Shown: piece after piece, positions 25,765-35,928 of the stretch
How positions within the stretch are numbered: the first letter of the stretch is position 1
Layout of the letters: each line of letters starts with the position of its first letter
Origin: Acidobacteriota bacterium
GTDB lineage: Bacteria; Acidobacteriota; Thermoanaerobaculia; UBA5066; Gp7-AA6
Assembly (NCBI GenBank): GCA_020199905.1
Contig: JAIVJS010000021.1
Location: forward strand, 14,649-78,648
Direction of reading: 5' to 3'
Length of the DNA stretch: 64,000 bases
The notes under the pieces: generated by a model
What the model saw: only the letters and a program-made list of their open reading frames with translations
What the model was told of the DNA's origin: nothing
The model's database searches: none
Position numbers and translations under genes: made by a program

Positions 25765-27096
25765 GTGATCGCGTTCGTCTCGCTCTTTCTGGGGCTCGTG
25801 ATCGGGGCGCGGCCGGTGACGGTGACGGCGAGCGGCCCGGTGGCGTCCGTCGAGCTCCTCTTAGATGGCGCGCCCGCCGCCCGAATCGACGAAAAGCCGT
25901 GGACGGCCCGGGTGGACTTCGGGATGGAGCTCTCGCCCCACGAGCTCGTCGCCCGGGCGCTCGATTCCCGGGGCCGGGAGATTGCGCGGGCGCGCCAGTG
26001 GCTGAACCTTCCGAGGCCGGCCGCCGAGATGTCGATCCTCCTCCAGCGGGACGACAAAGGGGTCGCGACCGGAGCGCAGCTCTCGTGGGCGAGCCTCCAG
26101 CCGGGACCGCCGTCGGCCCTCGCGGTGACGTTCGATGGCCGTCCTCTCGCCGTCAAGGGGTCCGAGAGCTTTTCCCTTCCTTCCTACGATGCCTCGAGCA
26201 CGCACCTGCTCTCCGCGTCGGCGGAGTTCGGAAACGGCGTCCGGTGCCGCGCGGATGTGGTGCTGGGGGGAAGGACGTCCACCGAGACCGTCACCGAGCT
26301 GACGGGCGTCGCCGTCCGGCTGGCGCCGGCGGCCGAGCTCCCGGAGCCGGCGGCGCTCGAAGGCTGGATCATGCGTAAGGGAGAGCCGCTGCGCGCCGTC
26401 GGAATCGAGCGCGCGGGCGCTCAGGTGCTGATCGTGCGCGACCTGCCGGTGGCGGAGGCGCTCTCGCGGCTCGGACGAGGCGGGCGCACCATCTTCCAGC
26501 CGGGGCGCCGGGGCGCTCTGCCGGTCTACGACGGCGAGGCGCTGCGTCTCGACCTGCGACTCGGCGACGACGACAGGATCCGGTACATCTGGCCGAGTGT
26601 TCGCTCGGTCGCCATCACGTCGGGAGCGGCCGAGCTCTTCGAGTCCTCGCACGAATTTCGGGGACGCGACGCCGGCATGCACTGGCTCCTCACGCGCATC
26701 TCCCATCCCGGCCGGCCCGATCCCGCGCGCCGCTACGCGGATGCGACCGCCGTCGCTGGCCTTCAGGCCGTCCAGAGCTGCACGCGCCGCGCGGTTCTCC
26801 TCGTCCTGGGGAAGAACCCCGCGGACGCGAGCCGGTACTCCCCGGCGACCGTGCGCGCGTACCTCGAGCGCATCCACGTTCCTCTCTTCGTCTGGTCCTT
26901 CGAGCCCCTCCCGGCCGGTGCGCCGTCTCCATGGGGACAGGTCGAAGACGTCTCGAACCTCCCGAAGCTGCGGGTCGCGTTCGAGCGCCTGAAGCGGGAC
27001 GTCGAATCGCAGGCGATCGTCTGGGTCGAAGGGCAGCATCTCCCGCAGGAGATCGCCCTGTCGGCGAAGGCGATGGGGATGGAGATTGTGAGGTAA
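25765..27096 (+). CDS. Hypothetical protein (Ig-like N-terminus, possible VWA-like C-terminus)
   Basis: 443 aa ORF with coherent composition; VELLLDG..PWTARVDFG..HELVARALD. Confidence 0.6.
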   Translation: MIAFVSLFLGLVIGARPVTVTASGPVASVELLLDGAPAARIDEKPWTARVDFGMELSPHELVARALDSRGREIARARQWLNLPRPAAEMSILLQRDDKGVATGAQLSWASLQPGPPSALAVTFDGRPLAVKGSESFSLPSYDASSTHLLSASAEFGNGVRCRADVVLGGRTSTETVTELTGVAVRLAPAAELPEPAALEGWIMRKGEPLRAVGIERAGAQVLIVRDLPVAEALSRLGRGGRTIFQPGRRGALPVYDGEALRLDLRLGDDDRIRYIWPSVRSVAITSGAAELFESSHEFRGRDAGMHWLLTRISHPGRPDPARRYADATAVAGLQAVQSCTRRAVLLVLGKNPADASRYSPATVRAYLERIHVPLFVWSFEPLPAGAPSPWGQVEDVSNLPKLRVAFERLKRDVESQAIVWVEGQHLPQEIALSAKAMGMEIVR

Positions 27097-27103
27097 CTCT
27101 GCG

Positions 27104-27174
27104 TTTTCAGTTCTGAGTTTCAGTATTCAGCCGTCTTCTCGCCATCCGTCTGACAACTGACTGACAACTGACAG
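27104..27174. repeat. Imperfect heptamer tandem arrays
   Basis: TTTTCAG/TTCTGAG/TATTCAG and CTGACAA/CTGACAG units between convergent genes. Confidence 0.7.
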
Positions 27175-27179
27175 ATTCT

Positions 27180-28133
27180 TTACGTCTTCCCCGGACTCTC
27201 CATCCGATTCCGCCGCGCCGGCAGCAGGTCTCTCGGCCGGCCGAAGACCTGCACCCAGAGGACCTGGTACCCATTGGCGTTCTTGCCGATCGCGACGGCG
27301 GAACCGGTCTCGCTGAAGAGGTTTCCCAGGATGTGCTCGCGGTGGAGATCGCTGCCCATCCAGCCGTCCATGACTTCCTGCGGCGAGTACTGTCCGCGCG
27401 CGATGTTCTCACCGATGTACCGGGGCTTGTACCCCGCCCTTTTGCTTCGGTCGAGCGCCGTCGTTCCCTCCGGGCTGTCGTGGCCGTAATAGGAGCGGGC
27501 GAGCATGTCCCGCGCATGGCGCCACGCCGTCTCGTCGAGCAGGGGCTGAGGTCGGACGGTCTGAAGTCCTGCGGCCACGCGCTCGAGGTTCACTCGCGCG
27601 AGGAGCGCGGCGCGGATCGTTTCGAGGTTCGAAAGCTCGACCGTCTTGTCGGCGAAGAAATCGGGCCACGCGCGCGCGAAGAGAAAAACGTACAGGGGAA
27701 TGTCGTCGAGGCGCGAGACCCCCACTCCCAGGTCGCGGAGGTCGCTCCGTCGCACCTCCTCGGCAAAGGCCGTGTCGAGGGCCGCGCCCCTCAGCACGGT
27801 CTCGACGTCGCCGTCCGCCTGCACCAGCACTTCCGAGAGGGCGCGGGCCTCGTACCCCTTACTCGAGGCGGCGGCGCTGTCGGCGTGCGCCGACTCTTCG
27901 GGGTGCGCGCCCTCCCGCACGACGGCCGCGGCGCGATCCTGCGCAATCCTCGAAAGGAGAGGAACGAGACGGAAGGGAGGGAGCCCCTTCTCTGCGCGGC
28001 CGCCGTTGATGCCCTCGAGAAAGGCCGTCCTCACCGCGCCGAAGTCGTCCTCGGGAGCGGCCGGGCGGGCGAGCGCCGCCGCGGCGGAGAGAATCGCGGC
28101 GGCGGCCGCGGTGCGAGTCCGGAGCGGGTTCAC
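27180..28133 (-). CDS. CAP/SCP-domain protein with two CAP domains
   Basis: INGGRAEKGLPP and VNLERVAAGL...HARDMLARSYYGHDSPEG...GENIA...WMGSDLHREHIL. Confidence 0.85.
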   Translation of the reverse strand: MNPLRTRTAAAAAILSAAAALARPAAPEDDFGAVRTAFLEGINGGRAEKGLPPFRLVPLLSRIAQDRAAAVVREGAHPEESAHADSAAASSKGYEARALSEVLVQADGDVETVLRGAALDTAFAEEVRRSDLRDLGVGVSRLDDIPLYVFLFARAWPDFFADKTVELSNLETIRAALLARVNLERVAAGLQTVRPQPLLDETAWRHARDMLARSYYGHDSPEGTTALDRSKRAGYKPRYIGENIARGQYSPQEVMDGWMGSDLHREHILGNLFSETGSAVAIGKNANGYQVLWVQVFGRPRDLLPARRNRMESPGKT

Positions 28134-28146
28134 GGGACGACCTGCC

Positions 28147-29292
28147 TCAGGCGGGAATGGCCTCGAGCGCCTGGGCGAGGTCGGCGGTCAGATCCTCGAC
28201 GTCCTCGATCCCGACGGAGATGCGCACCAGGCCGGGTGTGACGCCGAGGCGGCTTCTCTCCGGCTCCGGGATCGCCGCGTGGGTCATGCTCGCCGGATGG
28301 GAGATCAAAGTCTCGACGCCGCCGAGGCTCTCGCCGAGCGAGCAAAGGCGCACGCGGCCGAGAAACGCCGCGGCGTTTTCGAAGGAGCCGAGGTCGAAGG
28401 AGATCATCGCGCCGAACCCGCGCATCTGCCGTTTGGCGAGCTCGTGCTGCGGATGCGTCGCCAGGCCGGGGTAGTTCACTTTCCGGATCTTCGGCTGGCC
28501 GTCGAGAAACGCGGCGACGGCGCGGCCGTTGGACTCGTGCCGCTCCATGCGCACGACGAGCGTCTTGATTCCGCGCAGGACCAGCCAGGAGTCCATCGGC
28601 CCGAGGATCGCACCGGAGCTGTTCTGCACGAAGGAAAGCCACTCGAGGTGCTCGGGACTCTTCACCACCGCGATGCCGCCGATCGAATCGGAATGTCCGT
28701 TCAGGAACTTCGTCGTCGAGTGATAAACGATGTCAGCCCCGAGGACGAGGGGCTGCTGCAGATAAGGCGACGCGAACGTGTTGTCCACGACGACGATGGC
28801 GCCCCGCTCGTGCGCCATCCCCGAGAGGAGCGGAATGTCACACAGCGTCATGATCGGGTTGGTCGGGCTCTCCAGATGCAGCAGGCGGGTCGTCGGGCGG
28901 AACGCGCGGAGCACCTCGGCCGGATCGGCCGTGTCGACGAACGAGAACTCGACACCGTATCGGGCCTGGATCTGCGTGTAGTAGCGGTAGGTCCCGCCGT
29001 ACGTCATGTTGGAGCAGACGACGTGATCTCCCGATTTCACGAACGTGGAGATCGCGGTCGCCGCGGCCATCCCGGACGCGAAGGCCCGCGCGCCGACGCC
29101 CTTCTCGAGAACCGCCATGTTCTCCTCGAGGGCGTGGCGCGTCGGGTTCTGCGTGCGCGCGTACTCGTACCCCTTGTGCTTCCCCAGCGCCTCCTGCACG
29201 TAGGTGGACGTCTGGTAGATCGGCACGGCCACGGCCCCGGTCGACGGGTCCGGCAGATTGCCCGCGTGAATGCATTCGGTGCTGAAGCCCAT
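28147..29292 (-). CDS. Cystathionine gamma-lyase/synthase family PLP enzyme
   Basis: PIYQTSTY, YARTQNPTR, ESPTNP, VDNTF, HSTTKFLNGHSD, SLGGVETL. Confidence 0.95.
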   Translation of the reverse strand: MGFSTECIHAGNLPDPSTGAVAVPIYQTSTYVQEALGKHKGYEYARTQNPTRHALEENMAVLEKGVGARAFASGMAAATAISTFVKSGDHVVCSNMTYGGTYRYYTQIQARYGVEFSFVDTADPAEVLRAFRPTTRLLHLESPTNPIMTLCDIPLLSGMAHERGAIVVVDNTFASPYLQQPLVLGADIVYHSTTKFLNGHSDSIGGIAVVKSPEHLEWLSFVQNSSGAILGPMDSWLVLRGIKTLVVRMERHESNGRAVAAFLDGQPKIRKVNYPGLATHPQHELAKRQMRGFGAMISFDLGSFENAAAFLGRVRLCSLGESLGGVETLISHPASMTHAAIPEPERSRLGVTPGLVRISVGIEDVEDLTADLAQALEAIPA

Positions 29293-29307
29293 GGGGGAAC
29301 CTCGATC

Positions 29308-29450
29308 GGTCGTCAGTTGTCAGTTCTCGGTACTAAGTTCGCAAATCCGGGCTCGAAGGTTTCAGTCTGCCGGAGAGGCCTTTGAATCGAGGAATCGAAA
29401 CTGAAACTGAAAATATAAGAAAGCTGAGAAGTGATAGCTGGGAGCTGACG
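29308..29450. repeat. Imperfect heptamer/hexamer arrays
   Basis: TCAGTTG TCAGTTC; GAAACT x2; AGCTGAG/AGCTGGG/AGCTGAC. Confidence 0.55.
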
Positions 29451-29451
29451 G

Positions 29452-30396
29452 CTATCTCCCGAATATCCCCTGTTCCGGGTACCTTTCCGCCCCGTCGGGG
29501 AAGACGGTGACGACGATTTTCCCCGGCCCGATGCGCTGCGCGATCTGGAGGGCGCCGGCGGCGGAGAGCCCCGAGGAGCCGCCGGCCAGCAGCCCCTCCT
29601 CGCGCCCGAGGCGGCGGCACGCGGCGAAGGCCGCTGGGTCGTCGACCGTGATGACTTCGTCGATGAGGCTGCGGTCGAGGATCTCGGGGTAGAAGGAGAG
29701 CCCGACCCCTTCGACGGCGTGCGTCCCACGCGGCCCGCCGCCCAGGATCGACCCCTGCGGCTCGACCGCGACCTTCAGCACTCTCGGGTTACGCTCCATG
29801 AGGTACCGCGCCACTCCCGTGAAGGTGCCGGTCGTGCCGACTCCCGTGACCCAGGCGTCGACTCGTCCGGACAGCGCTTCCCAGATCTCGGGTCCGGTCG
29901 TTTCGTAGTGAGTGCGGGGGTTGATCGGGTTGGCGAACTGGTTGGGGAGCCAGGCTCCGGGGGTCTGCGCGACGATGTCGCGTGCGCGCTGGATCGCGGC
30001 GCTCATGCGATCCGCGGCGGGTGTTCGCAGGACCTCCGCGCCGAAGGCCTCCATCAGGCGCGCCTTGACGTGCCCGGCCCCGTCCGGCATGACGATCAGG
30101 CATCGATAGCCCCGGACGGCCGCGAGCATCGCGAACGCGACCCCCGTGTTACCCGAGGTCGGCTCGACGATCGTTCCGCCGGGGGCGATGAGGTTCCGCG
30201 CCTCCGCGTCGTTCAACATCGCCGCGGCCACGCGATCCTTGACGCTTCCTCCGGGATTGAACCATTCGAGCTTGGCGAAAATCCGCGCCGCTCCCGCCGA
30301 GAAGCGCGGAAGCTCGACGAGCGGGGTGTTGCCGATCGCCCCGGCCAGGGTCGCCGGGTGGCTTGCGATCTCGGGAGAGGGGAAGGAAGGCGGCAT
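29452..30396 (-). CDS. Cysteine synthase / cystathionine beta-synthase family PLP enzyme
   Basis: IGNTPLV, KLEWFNPGGSVKDR, EPTSGNTG, GVGTTGT, GGSSG, FPDGAERY. Confidence 0.9.
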   Translation of the reverse strand: MPPSFPSPEIASHPATLAGAIGNTPLVELPRFSAGAARIFAKLEWFNPGGSVKDRVAAAMLNDAEARNLIAPGGTIVEPTSGNTGVAFAMLAAVRGYRCLIVMPDGAGHVKARLMEAFGAEVLRTPAADRMSAAIQRARDIVAQTPGAWLPNQFANPINPRTHYETTGPEIWEALSGRVDAWVTGVGTTGTFTGVARYLMERNPRVLKVAVEPQGSILGGGPRGTHAVEGVGLSFYPEILDRSLIDEVITVDDPAAFAACRRLGREEGLLAGGSSGLSAAGALQIAQRIGPGKIVVTVFPDGAERYPEQGIFGR

Positions 30397-30427
30397 CCGC
30401 ACGTCAAGATAGCAAAACGGGGGCCTG

Positions 30428-30460
30428 GTTGAGCGTTGAGCGTTCCGCGTTGAGCGTTCG
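30428..30460. repeat. Heptamer tandem array
   Basis: GTTGAGC GTTGAGC GTTCCGC GTTGAGC GTTCGGA. Confidence 0.8.
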
Positions 30461-30525
30461 GAAGGAGAAACCGGTGAAATGAACATGGCGTTTCGCGATT
30501 TTCCTTCGATCCCGATTCCCGATTC

Positions 30526-30567
30526 GTACCGCGGCCGTCTCGCTCCCGTTGGTCGCTCGGCTCCCGA
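30526..30567 (+). repeat. Dispersed REP-like element, copy 1 (partial)
   Basis: GTACCGCGGCCGTCTCGCTCCCGTTGGTCGCTCGGCTCCCGA, matching copies 3 and 4. Confidence 0.9.
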
Positions 30568-30571
30568 AAAG

Positions 30572-30601
30572 AAAAAGCCCCGGCACGCGCCGGGGCTTTT
30601 T
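30572..30601. terminator. Bidirectional-type intrinsic terminator
   Basis: AAAAAGCCCCGGC-ACGC-GCCGGGGCTTTTT. Confidence 0.85.
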
Positions 30602-30616
30602 ACCGGGGCGATGAGT

Positions 30617-30916
30617 TCAGTAGGCCTGCTGGGCGCGCCGGGCCGAATAGCATTCCCGGCAATAGACGGGCTTGCCATTGGTCGGGTTGAACGGAACCTG
30701 CGTCTGCTTCTGGCAGCCGTCGCACGTCACGTCGTAGAACGTCCGCTCGCGGCCTTCGCCCGAAGAAGTCTTGCGCTTGTCGCGGCAGATCTTGCAGCGC
30801 TTGGGCTCGTTGGTGAATCCCTTGCGCGCGTAGAACTCCTGGTCGTCGGCGGAAAACAGGAACGTCTGGCCACAGTCGACACAGTTGAGATTCTTGTCGG
30901 TGTATTGCTGCATCAT
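30617..30916 (-). CDS. Zinc-ribbon plus CxxC-x17-CxxC domain protein
   Basis: CVDCGQTFLFSADDQEFYARKGFTNEPKRCKIC and CDGC...PVYCREC. Confidence 0.9.
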   Translation of the reverse strand: MMQQYTDKNLNCVDCGQTFLFSADDQEFYARKGFTNEPKRCKICRDKRKTSSGEGRERTFYDVTCDGCQKQTQVPFNPTNGKPVYCRECYSARRAQQAY

Positions 30917-31159
30917 GGGGGTTATCCGATCTCCTGGGTATTTACCCTCGGGGCTTTCGCCCCTTCAATATTTGAAACCGTTGATGACTCGATTCCACAT
31001 GCCCGCGCCCGCGTGATCGCGGACGCCTGAGGTTGGTTCTTTCTAGGACCGACCTCCTTTCGGGCACGCGCACGCCGCCCCGCGAGGGCGTACGGATGGG
31101 GGAAGGAGAGTCATAAAAAGGTGGCCGTTCAGTTGTGCGGAGTCTTATAAAGCTGGCGC

Positions 31160-31188
31160 AAAGTAGCATGCGCCCCGGGGGCGCGCAA
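31160..31188 (-). promoter_or_regulatory. Candidate sigma70 promoter with an extended -10
   Basis: TTGCGC-N17-TACTTT with TG at -15/-14; implies a 5' leader of about 237 nt. Confidence 0.55.
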
Positions 31189-31324
31189 GGGGTTCCCGAC
31201 TGTCCGTCGGCGTAAAGGGGCCGTCCGAACGGAAAAGCCCCTGTTTCATGGCCTTTGAAGGGCGTTTCCGGCGTTCGGGGCGCGCTGTCCGGCGCCCGGT
31301 CTGAAAGTCAGCCCGGCGTGACCG

Positions 31325-32146
31325 TCAGCTCGAGCCGATCACGCCGGCGACGGGCGACGAGGCCGTGGCGTACCGCTTCCTGGGGATTCGCCCGGACAGA
31401 TAGGCGTCCCGGCCGGCGCGGACGGCGTCGCGCATCGCGCGAGCCATCCGGACCGGATCGCGCGCGCCCGCGATGCCCGTGTTCATGAGGACGCCCGCCG
31501 CGCCGAGCTCCATCGCCACGCATGCGTCGGAGGCGGTTCCGACGCCGGCGTCGACGATGACGGGCACTTTCGCGCGCTCCAGGATGATCGAAAGATTGTT
31601 CGGGTTCTGAATGCCGAGCCCGGAGCCGATCGGAGCCCCGAGCGGCATCACGGCCGCGGCGCCCGCATCCTCGAGCTTTCGCGCCATGATCGGATCGTCC
31701 GAGGTATACGGGAACACGACGAACCCTTCGCGGACGAGCGTCTTCGTCGCGGCCAGCAATTCTTCGTTGTCGGGCCACAGCGTCTGCTCGTCGCCGAGCA
31801 CCTCGAGCTTGACCCATTCCGAGAGGCCGACCTCCCGGCCGAGCCGGGCCGCGCGCACGGCGTCTTCCGCGTTGAAACAACCCGCGGTGTTGGGAAGGAT
31901 CGTCATGCCCCGCGGCACGAAATCGAGGAGAGATTCCTTCGAGCGATCCGTGAGATTCACGCGCCGGACGGCGACGGTGACGATCTCGGCCGCAGATTCC
32001 TCGAGCGCCTCCTTCATCATCGGAAAGGTCGCGTACTTGCCGGTTCCGACGATGAGGCGGGACGTGAATGTCTTGCCTGCCAGCACGAACCGCTCCGAGG
32101 CCTGTGCAGAAAGGGCGGTATCGGGAGGGGCGGATGTCGCGGTCAC
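31325..32146 (-). CDS. thiG: Thiazole synthase
   Basis: [48 protein letters not shown]; GTG overlaps the panC stop. Confidence 0.95.
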   Translation of the reverse strand: MTATSAPPDTALSAQASERFVLAGKTFTSRLIVGTGKYATFPMMKEALEESAAEIVTVAVRRVNLTDRSKESLLDFVPRGMTILPNTAGCFNAEDAVRAARLGREVGLSEWVKLEVLGDEQTLWPDNEELLAATKTLVREGFVVFPYTSDDPIMARKLEDAGAAAVMPLGAPIGSGLGIQNPNNLSIILERAKVPVIVDAGVGTASDACVAMELGAAGVLMNTGIAGARDPVRMARAMRDAVRAGRDAYLSGRIPRKRYATASSPVAGVIGSS

Positions 32147-32997
32147 GGGGTCTTCCTTTCTTCCAGCACAACGTTGTCGAGCAGGCGCGTCTTCCCCACG
32201 CGCACCGCGGCGGCCAGGGCGATTCCCGGGGAGGCGCGGTCCGCGCGGGCCATGGAACCCGCTTCGATCGCCTCGACGTAGTCGACCGAAAGACCGGCGG
32301 CTTCGAGCTCCCTCCGTGTCTCGTCCTCGAGCGCGCGCGGGTCGGTCTGGCCGGCTGCCGCGCGGTCGCGCGCATGGAAGAGCGCTCTCGACAGCGCGGC
32401 GGCGCGCGTGCGCTGTTCGCCCGAGAGATAGACGTTTCGCGACGACATGGCGAGTCCATCCGCCTCGCGCACCGTCTCGGCGATCACGACCCGCAGAGGA
32501 AAATCGAGATCGCGGACCATCCGGCGGATGACCGCCGTCTGCTGAAGGTCCTTGCGGCCGAAATAGGCGGCGTCCGGCCCGACCTGGAGAAAGAGCTTGG
32601 CCACGACCGTCGCGACGCCGCGGAAATGCCCCGGACGCGCGGCGCCTTCGCCTCCGTCGCTGACGTCTGCGACGTCGACCGATGTGGAAAAGCCAGGAGG
32701 ATAGAAGTTCGCGGGAACGGGTGCGTAGAGGAGGTCCGCGCCGGCGCTCTCGAGAACTGCCGCGTCTACTTCGAGGCGGCGCGGGTAGCGGTCGAAGTCC
32801 TCTCCGGCCGCGAACTGCAGGGGGTTGACGAAGATCGAGACGACGACGAAGCCGCACTCCGACTTCGCGCGGCGCACCAGAGAGAGATGCCCGTCGTGCA
32901 GCGCGCCCATGGTCGGAATGAAGCCGACGCGTCGCGCCTCGCGGCGAGCGCCGCCGACGGCCTCACGCAGCGCCGCCAGATCCCGGACGGTCTTCAT
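32143..32997 (-). CDS. panC: Pantoate--beta-alanine ligase
   Basis: [43 protein letters not shown]. Confidence 0.95.
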   Translation of the reverse strand: MKTVRDLAALREAVGGARREARRVGFIPTMGALHDGHLSLVRRAKSECGFVVVSIFVNPLQFAAGEDFDRYPRRLEVDAAVLESAGADLLYAPVPANFYPPGFSTSVDVADVSDGGEGAARPGHFRGVATVVAKLFLQVGPDAAYFGRKDLQQTAVIRRMVRDLDFPLRVVIAETVREADGLAMSSRNVYLSGEQRTRAAALSRALFHARDRAAAGQTDPRALEDETRRELEAAGLSVDYVEAIEAGSMARADRASPGIALAAAVRVGKTRLLDNVVLEERKTP

Positions 32998-33016
32998 GGG
33001 GTAAGCCTAACGGAGG

Positions 33017-33096
33017 CCGGAGAACGGGAACCGGGAATCGGGAAACGGGAAGCGAAGGAAGGAAGGCGATCCTCGGGGAGAGGGCTGGAGTAAGGG
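33017..33096. repeat. Heptamer array plus partial CCCTCTCCC-type element
   Basis: GGAGAAC GGGAACC GGGAATC GGGAAAC GGGAAGC, then GGGGAGAGGGCTGGAGTAAGGG. Confidence 0.7.
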
Positions 33097-33183
33097 CAGT
33101 ATTCCCCCAATATTCTGGTGCACCCCCGACGGGCCGCACAACTCTCCCGCCGGGCGCCCCGCTCCCGGGCGCCCCGCGCTCCC

Positions 33184-34035
33184 TCAATAAATCCGTCGCA
33201 GCGCCGGGGTCGCTCCTCCGGTGAAGGACTCGGCGGCGCTCGGAAATTCGCCGCTCTTGACGTCTTTCGCGAACTCGCGGGCCGCTTCTTCGATGAGCGG
33301 GGCGAGCTCCGCGTAGCGCCGGACGAATCGCGGCGTCGAGGTCGCGCCCGTCAGGCCCATCACGTCGTGAAATACGAGCACCTGGCCGTCGCAGCCGGCG
33401 CCGGCGCCGATGCCGATGGTCGGAATCGCGAGATCCCGCGTGATCTCGGCGGCGAGGCCTTCGGGCACGCATTCGAGCACGACGGCGAAGCAACCGGCCT
33501 GCGCCAGCGCCTCGGCGTCCTGCCGGATCTCCGCCGCATCCTCCGCGCTCTTGCCCTGCACCTTGAATCCTCCGAACTTCCGATAGGACTGCGGCGTAAG
33601 ACCCACGTGTCCCATGACGGGGATGTCGGCCGCCACGATGGCCTCGACCGCCGGCAGGACGCGCCGGCCGCCTTCCACCTTCACGGCCGAACAGCCGCCC
33701 TCGGCGAGCATCCGTCCGGCGTTCAAGACCGCTTCGCGCGCGTCGGCCTGATAGGAGAGAAACGGCATGTCGCCGATGACGAGCGCGCGGCGGGCCGCGT
33801 CGGCGACCGCTCTCGTATGGCGCACCATCATGTCCATCGTCGCCGTGAGAGTGTTCGGCCGGCCATAGACCGTCATCTCGACGGAGTCGCCGACCAAGAG
33901 CACGTCGATCCCGGCCGCGTCAAGCAGGCCCGCCGACGAGGCGTCGTACGCCGTCATCATCGCGATCTTTTCCCGGCCTTTGGCGGAAAGCAGCGCCGGG
34001 ACGCCGACAGGGGAAGTCTCAGAGAGGCTGGCCAT
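33184..34035 (-). CDS. panB: 3-methyl-2-oxobutanoate hydroxymethyltransferase
   Basis: MTAYD, LLVGDS, DMPF, KVEGG, GHVGLTPQ, GIGAG..CDGQVLV. Confidence 0.95.
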   Translation of the reverse strand: MASLSETSPVGVPALLSAKGREKIAMMTAYDASSAGLLDAAGIDVLLVGDSVEMTVYGRPNTLTATMDMMVRHTRAVADAARRALVIGDMPFLSYQADAREAVLNAGRMLAEGGCSAVKVEGGRRVLPAVEAIVAADIPVMGHVGLTPQSYRKFGGFKVQGKSAEDAAEIRQDAEALAQAGCFAVVLECVPEGLAAEITRDLAIPTIGIGAGAGCDGQVLVFHDVMGLTGATSTPRFVRRYAELAPLIEEAAREFAKDVKSGEFPSAAESFTGGATPALRRIY

Positions 34036-34118
34036 ATCGCGCTCCTTTCCTCTCGGTCGACGTCCGAAAACCGGATCGCCGCCGACAAGGGCGTGAGAAG
34101 AATTATAGCAAGTTCCCT

Positions 34119-34157
34119 CCCTCTCCCCGCGCCCGGGGAGAGGATTCGAGTGAGGGG
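34119..34157. repeat. CCCTCTCCCC...GGGGAGAGG palindromic intergenic element
   Basis: CCCTCTCCCCGCGCCCGGGGAGAGGATTCGAGTGAGGGG; similar to 57186-57225 and 33071-33096. Confidence 0.7.
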
Positions 34158-34294
34158 TCCGGCCCTGATGACCGAGAGAGGTCGAACCCGGGCTCGCTCC
34201 CCTCACCCTTCCTTCCCCCCCGCTGTCGCGTTCGAGAGGGGACGAGCGCGCCGGCTCGCGTTCTGAGTGCGGCGAGCCGGCGACCCGGCGGGAC

Positions 34295-34957
34295 TTACCC
34301 CGGGTGCATCGCCGGCACGTAATACTGCACCCCTCGTCTGGCGCGCTGGATCTGCGCGACGAGGTCGTCGAAGTCCGCCGAGCGGTTCACGAAGTCGATC
34401 TCGTTGCAATCGACGACGAGAAGCGGCGTCTCTTCGTAGTGGTAGAAGTAATAGTTGTACGCCTCGATCAGCTGCGCGAGGTACTCGGGCGTTATTGCCT
34501 TTTCGATCGACCGCGAGCGCCTCTTGATGCGCCGCATGCAGGTCTCGAGCGACCCCTGCAGATAGATCACGAGATCCGGCTTCGGCACGCTCTCGGCGAG
34601 AAGCGTGTAGAGCCGGTCGTAGATGAGCAGCTCCGAGTCGTCCAGATTGAGGCAGGCGAAGATCTTGTCCTTGGGAAAGTGGTAGTCGGCGAGAACCAGA
34701 GTCGTGAAGAGGTCGATCTGCGCGATCTCCCGCTGCTGCTGGTAGCGGGACAACAGGAAGAACAGCTGCGTCTGGAATGCGGAACCTTTTTTCTTCTTGT
34801 AGAACTCTCCGAGAAACGGGTTGTCGACGTCTTCCAGGATCTGCGTGCCGTGGAAGCGCTTCGACAGCAGTTCGACCAGGGACGTCTTGCCCACGCCGAT
34901 CGGGCCATCGATGGCCACGTGCCGGAGCTTGACGTCGCCTTCTGAGGGAATCGCCAT
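34295..34957 (-). CDS. Deoxynucleoside kinase family protein
   Basis: IDGPIGVGKT P-loop, FQTQLFFLLSRY, PDLVIYL. Confidence 0.9.
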   Translation of the reverse strand: MAIPSEGDVKLRHVAIDGPIGVGKTSLVELLSKRFHGTQILEDVDNPFLGEFYKKKKGSAFQTQLFFLLSRYQQQREIAQIDLFTTLVLADYHFPKDKIFACLNLDDSELLIYDRLYTLLAESVPKPDLVIYLQGSLETCMRRIKRRSRSIEKAITPEYLAQLIEAYNYYFYHYEETPLLVVDCNEIDFVNRSADFDDLVAQIQRARRGVQYYVPAMHPG

Positions 34958-35037
34958 GGACGCCGCGATTTTACTCTGCCGCGCGGCCGCTCCCGATCCG
35001 GATGCCCGCTCGTCGATTCTCGATTCCGAGTCCGATC

Positions 35038-35928
35038 CTAAAGCGGTCCGGCTGCGCCGCGGATCAGCACGTCCGCGATCCCGAACGCCGCCAGGGCGAC
35101 GGACACGAACCCGTTCGCCGTGAAGAACGCGCTGTCGACTCGGGACAGATCGCCGGGTCGCACGATCGAATGCTGGTAGACAAGCGCGGCCCCCGTCAGC
35201 GCGAGGCCGATGCCGAAGAGCCCGCCGCCGCCGGAGAGCCTCCAGACCACAATCAAGAGCGGAAGCATCAGAAAGTGGAGGAGCGCCGAGACGGCGAGGG
35301 CCGTCTTGCCACCCCAGCGGGCGGGAATCGACCGCAGTCCCGTCCGGCGGTCGTGGTCTTCGTCCTGCAGCGAATAGATCACGTCGAAACCCGCGGTCCA
35401 GAGAAGGACCGCCAGACCGAGCAGCACCGGCTCCAGGGCGAACGATCCGCGGACGGCGATCCACGCGCCGACCGGAGCGATCGCGAGGCAGAGCCCGAGG
35501 ACGAAGTGCGACGCCCAGGTGAACCTCTTGGTGTACGAGTAGAGGAACAGAAGCCCGAGGGCCACGGGCGCGAGAAGAAGAGTCAGCCGGTTGAGCCACG
35601 CGGCGGCGAGGAGGAAGAGAAGAGTCGAGACGACGAGGAAAGTGCGGACGAAGGCGGGCGAAAGAGCCCCCGCCGGAAGCGCGCGCGTCGCGGTGCGCGG
35701 ATTGGCGGCATCGATCTCGCGGTCGACCAGGCGATTGTGCGCCATCGCCGCGCTTCGCGCCCCCACCATCGCCAGGAGGATCTTGCCGACAGCGGCCGCG
35801 GAGGGAAGTCCTCGCGCCGCGAGCACCGCGGACAGGAGCGCGAACGGAAGCGCGAAGAGCGTATGAGAAAACTTGATCATCTCGAGCGTCGTCCGCACGG
35901 AACGGACGAGACCACCCGAGCGGTTCAT
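35038..35928 (-). CDS. UbiA-family prenyltransferase (MqnP-like)
   Basis: [54 protein letters not shown]. Confidence 0.9.
   Translation of the reverse strand: MNRSGGLVRSVRTTLEMIKFSHTLFALPFALLSAVLAARGLPSAAAVGKILLAMVGARSAAMAHNRLVDREIDAANPRTATRALPAGALSPAFVRTFLVVSTLLFLLAAAWLNRLTLLLAPVALGLLFLYSYTKRFTWASHFVLGLCLAIAPVGAWIAVRGSFALEPVLLGLAVLLWTAGFDVIYSLQDEDHDRRTGLRSIPARWGGKTALAVSALLHFLMLPLLIVVWRLSGGGGLFGIGLALTGAALVYQHSIVRPGDLSRVDSAFFTANGFVSVALAAFGIADVLIRGAAGPL

Noticed and set aside
30397-30480. SAM or T-box riboswitch upstream of the cysteine/cystathionine genes
   Set aside because: The spacer is short and occupied by a heptamer array; no conserved riboswitch motifs seen.
32146-33180. TPP riboswitch for thiG
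   Set aside because: thiG is translationally coupled to panC; no TGAGA...CCTGA-type core seen.
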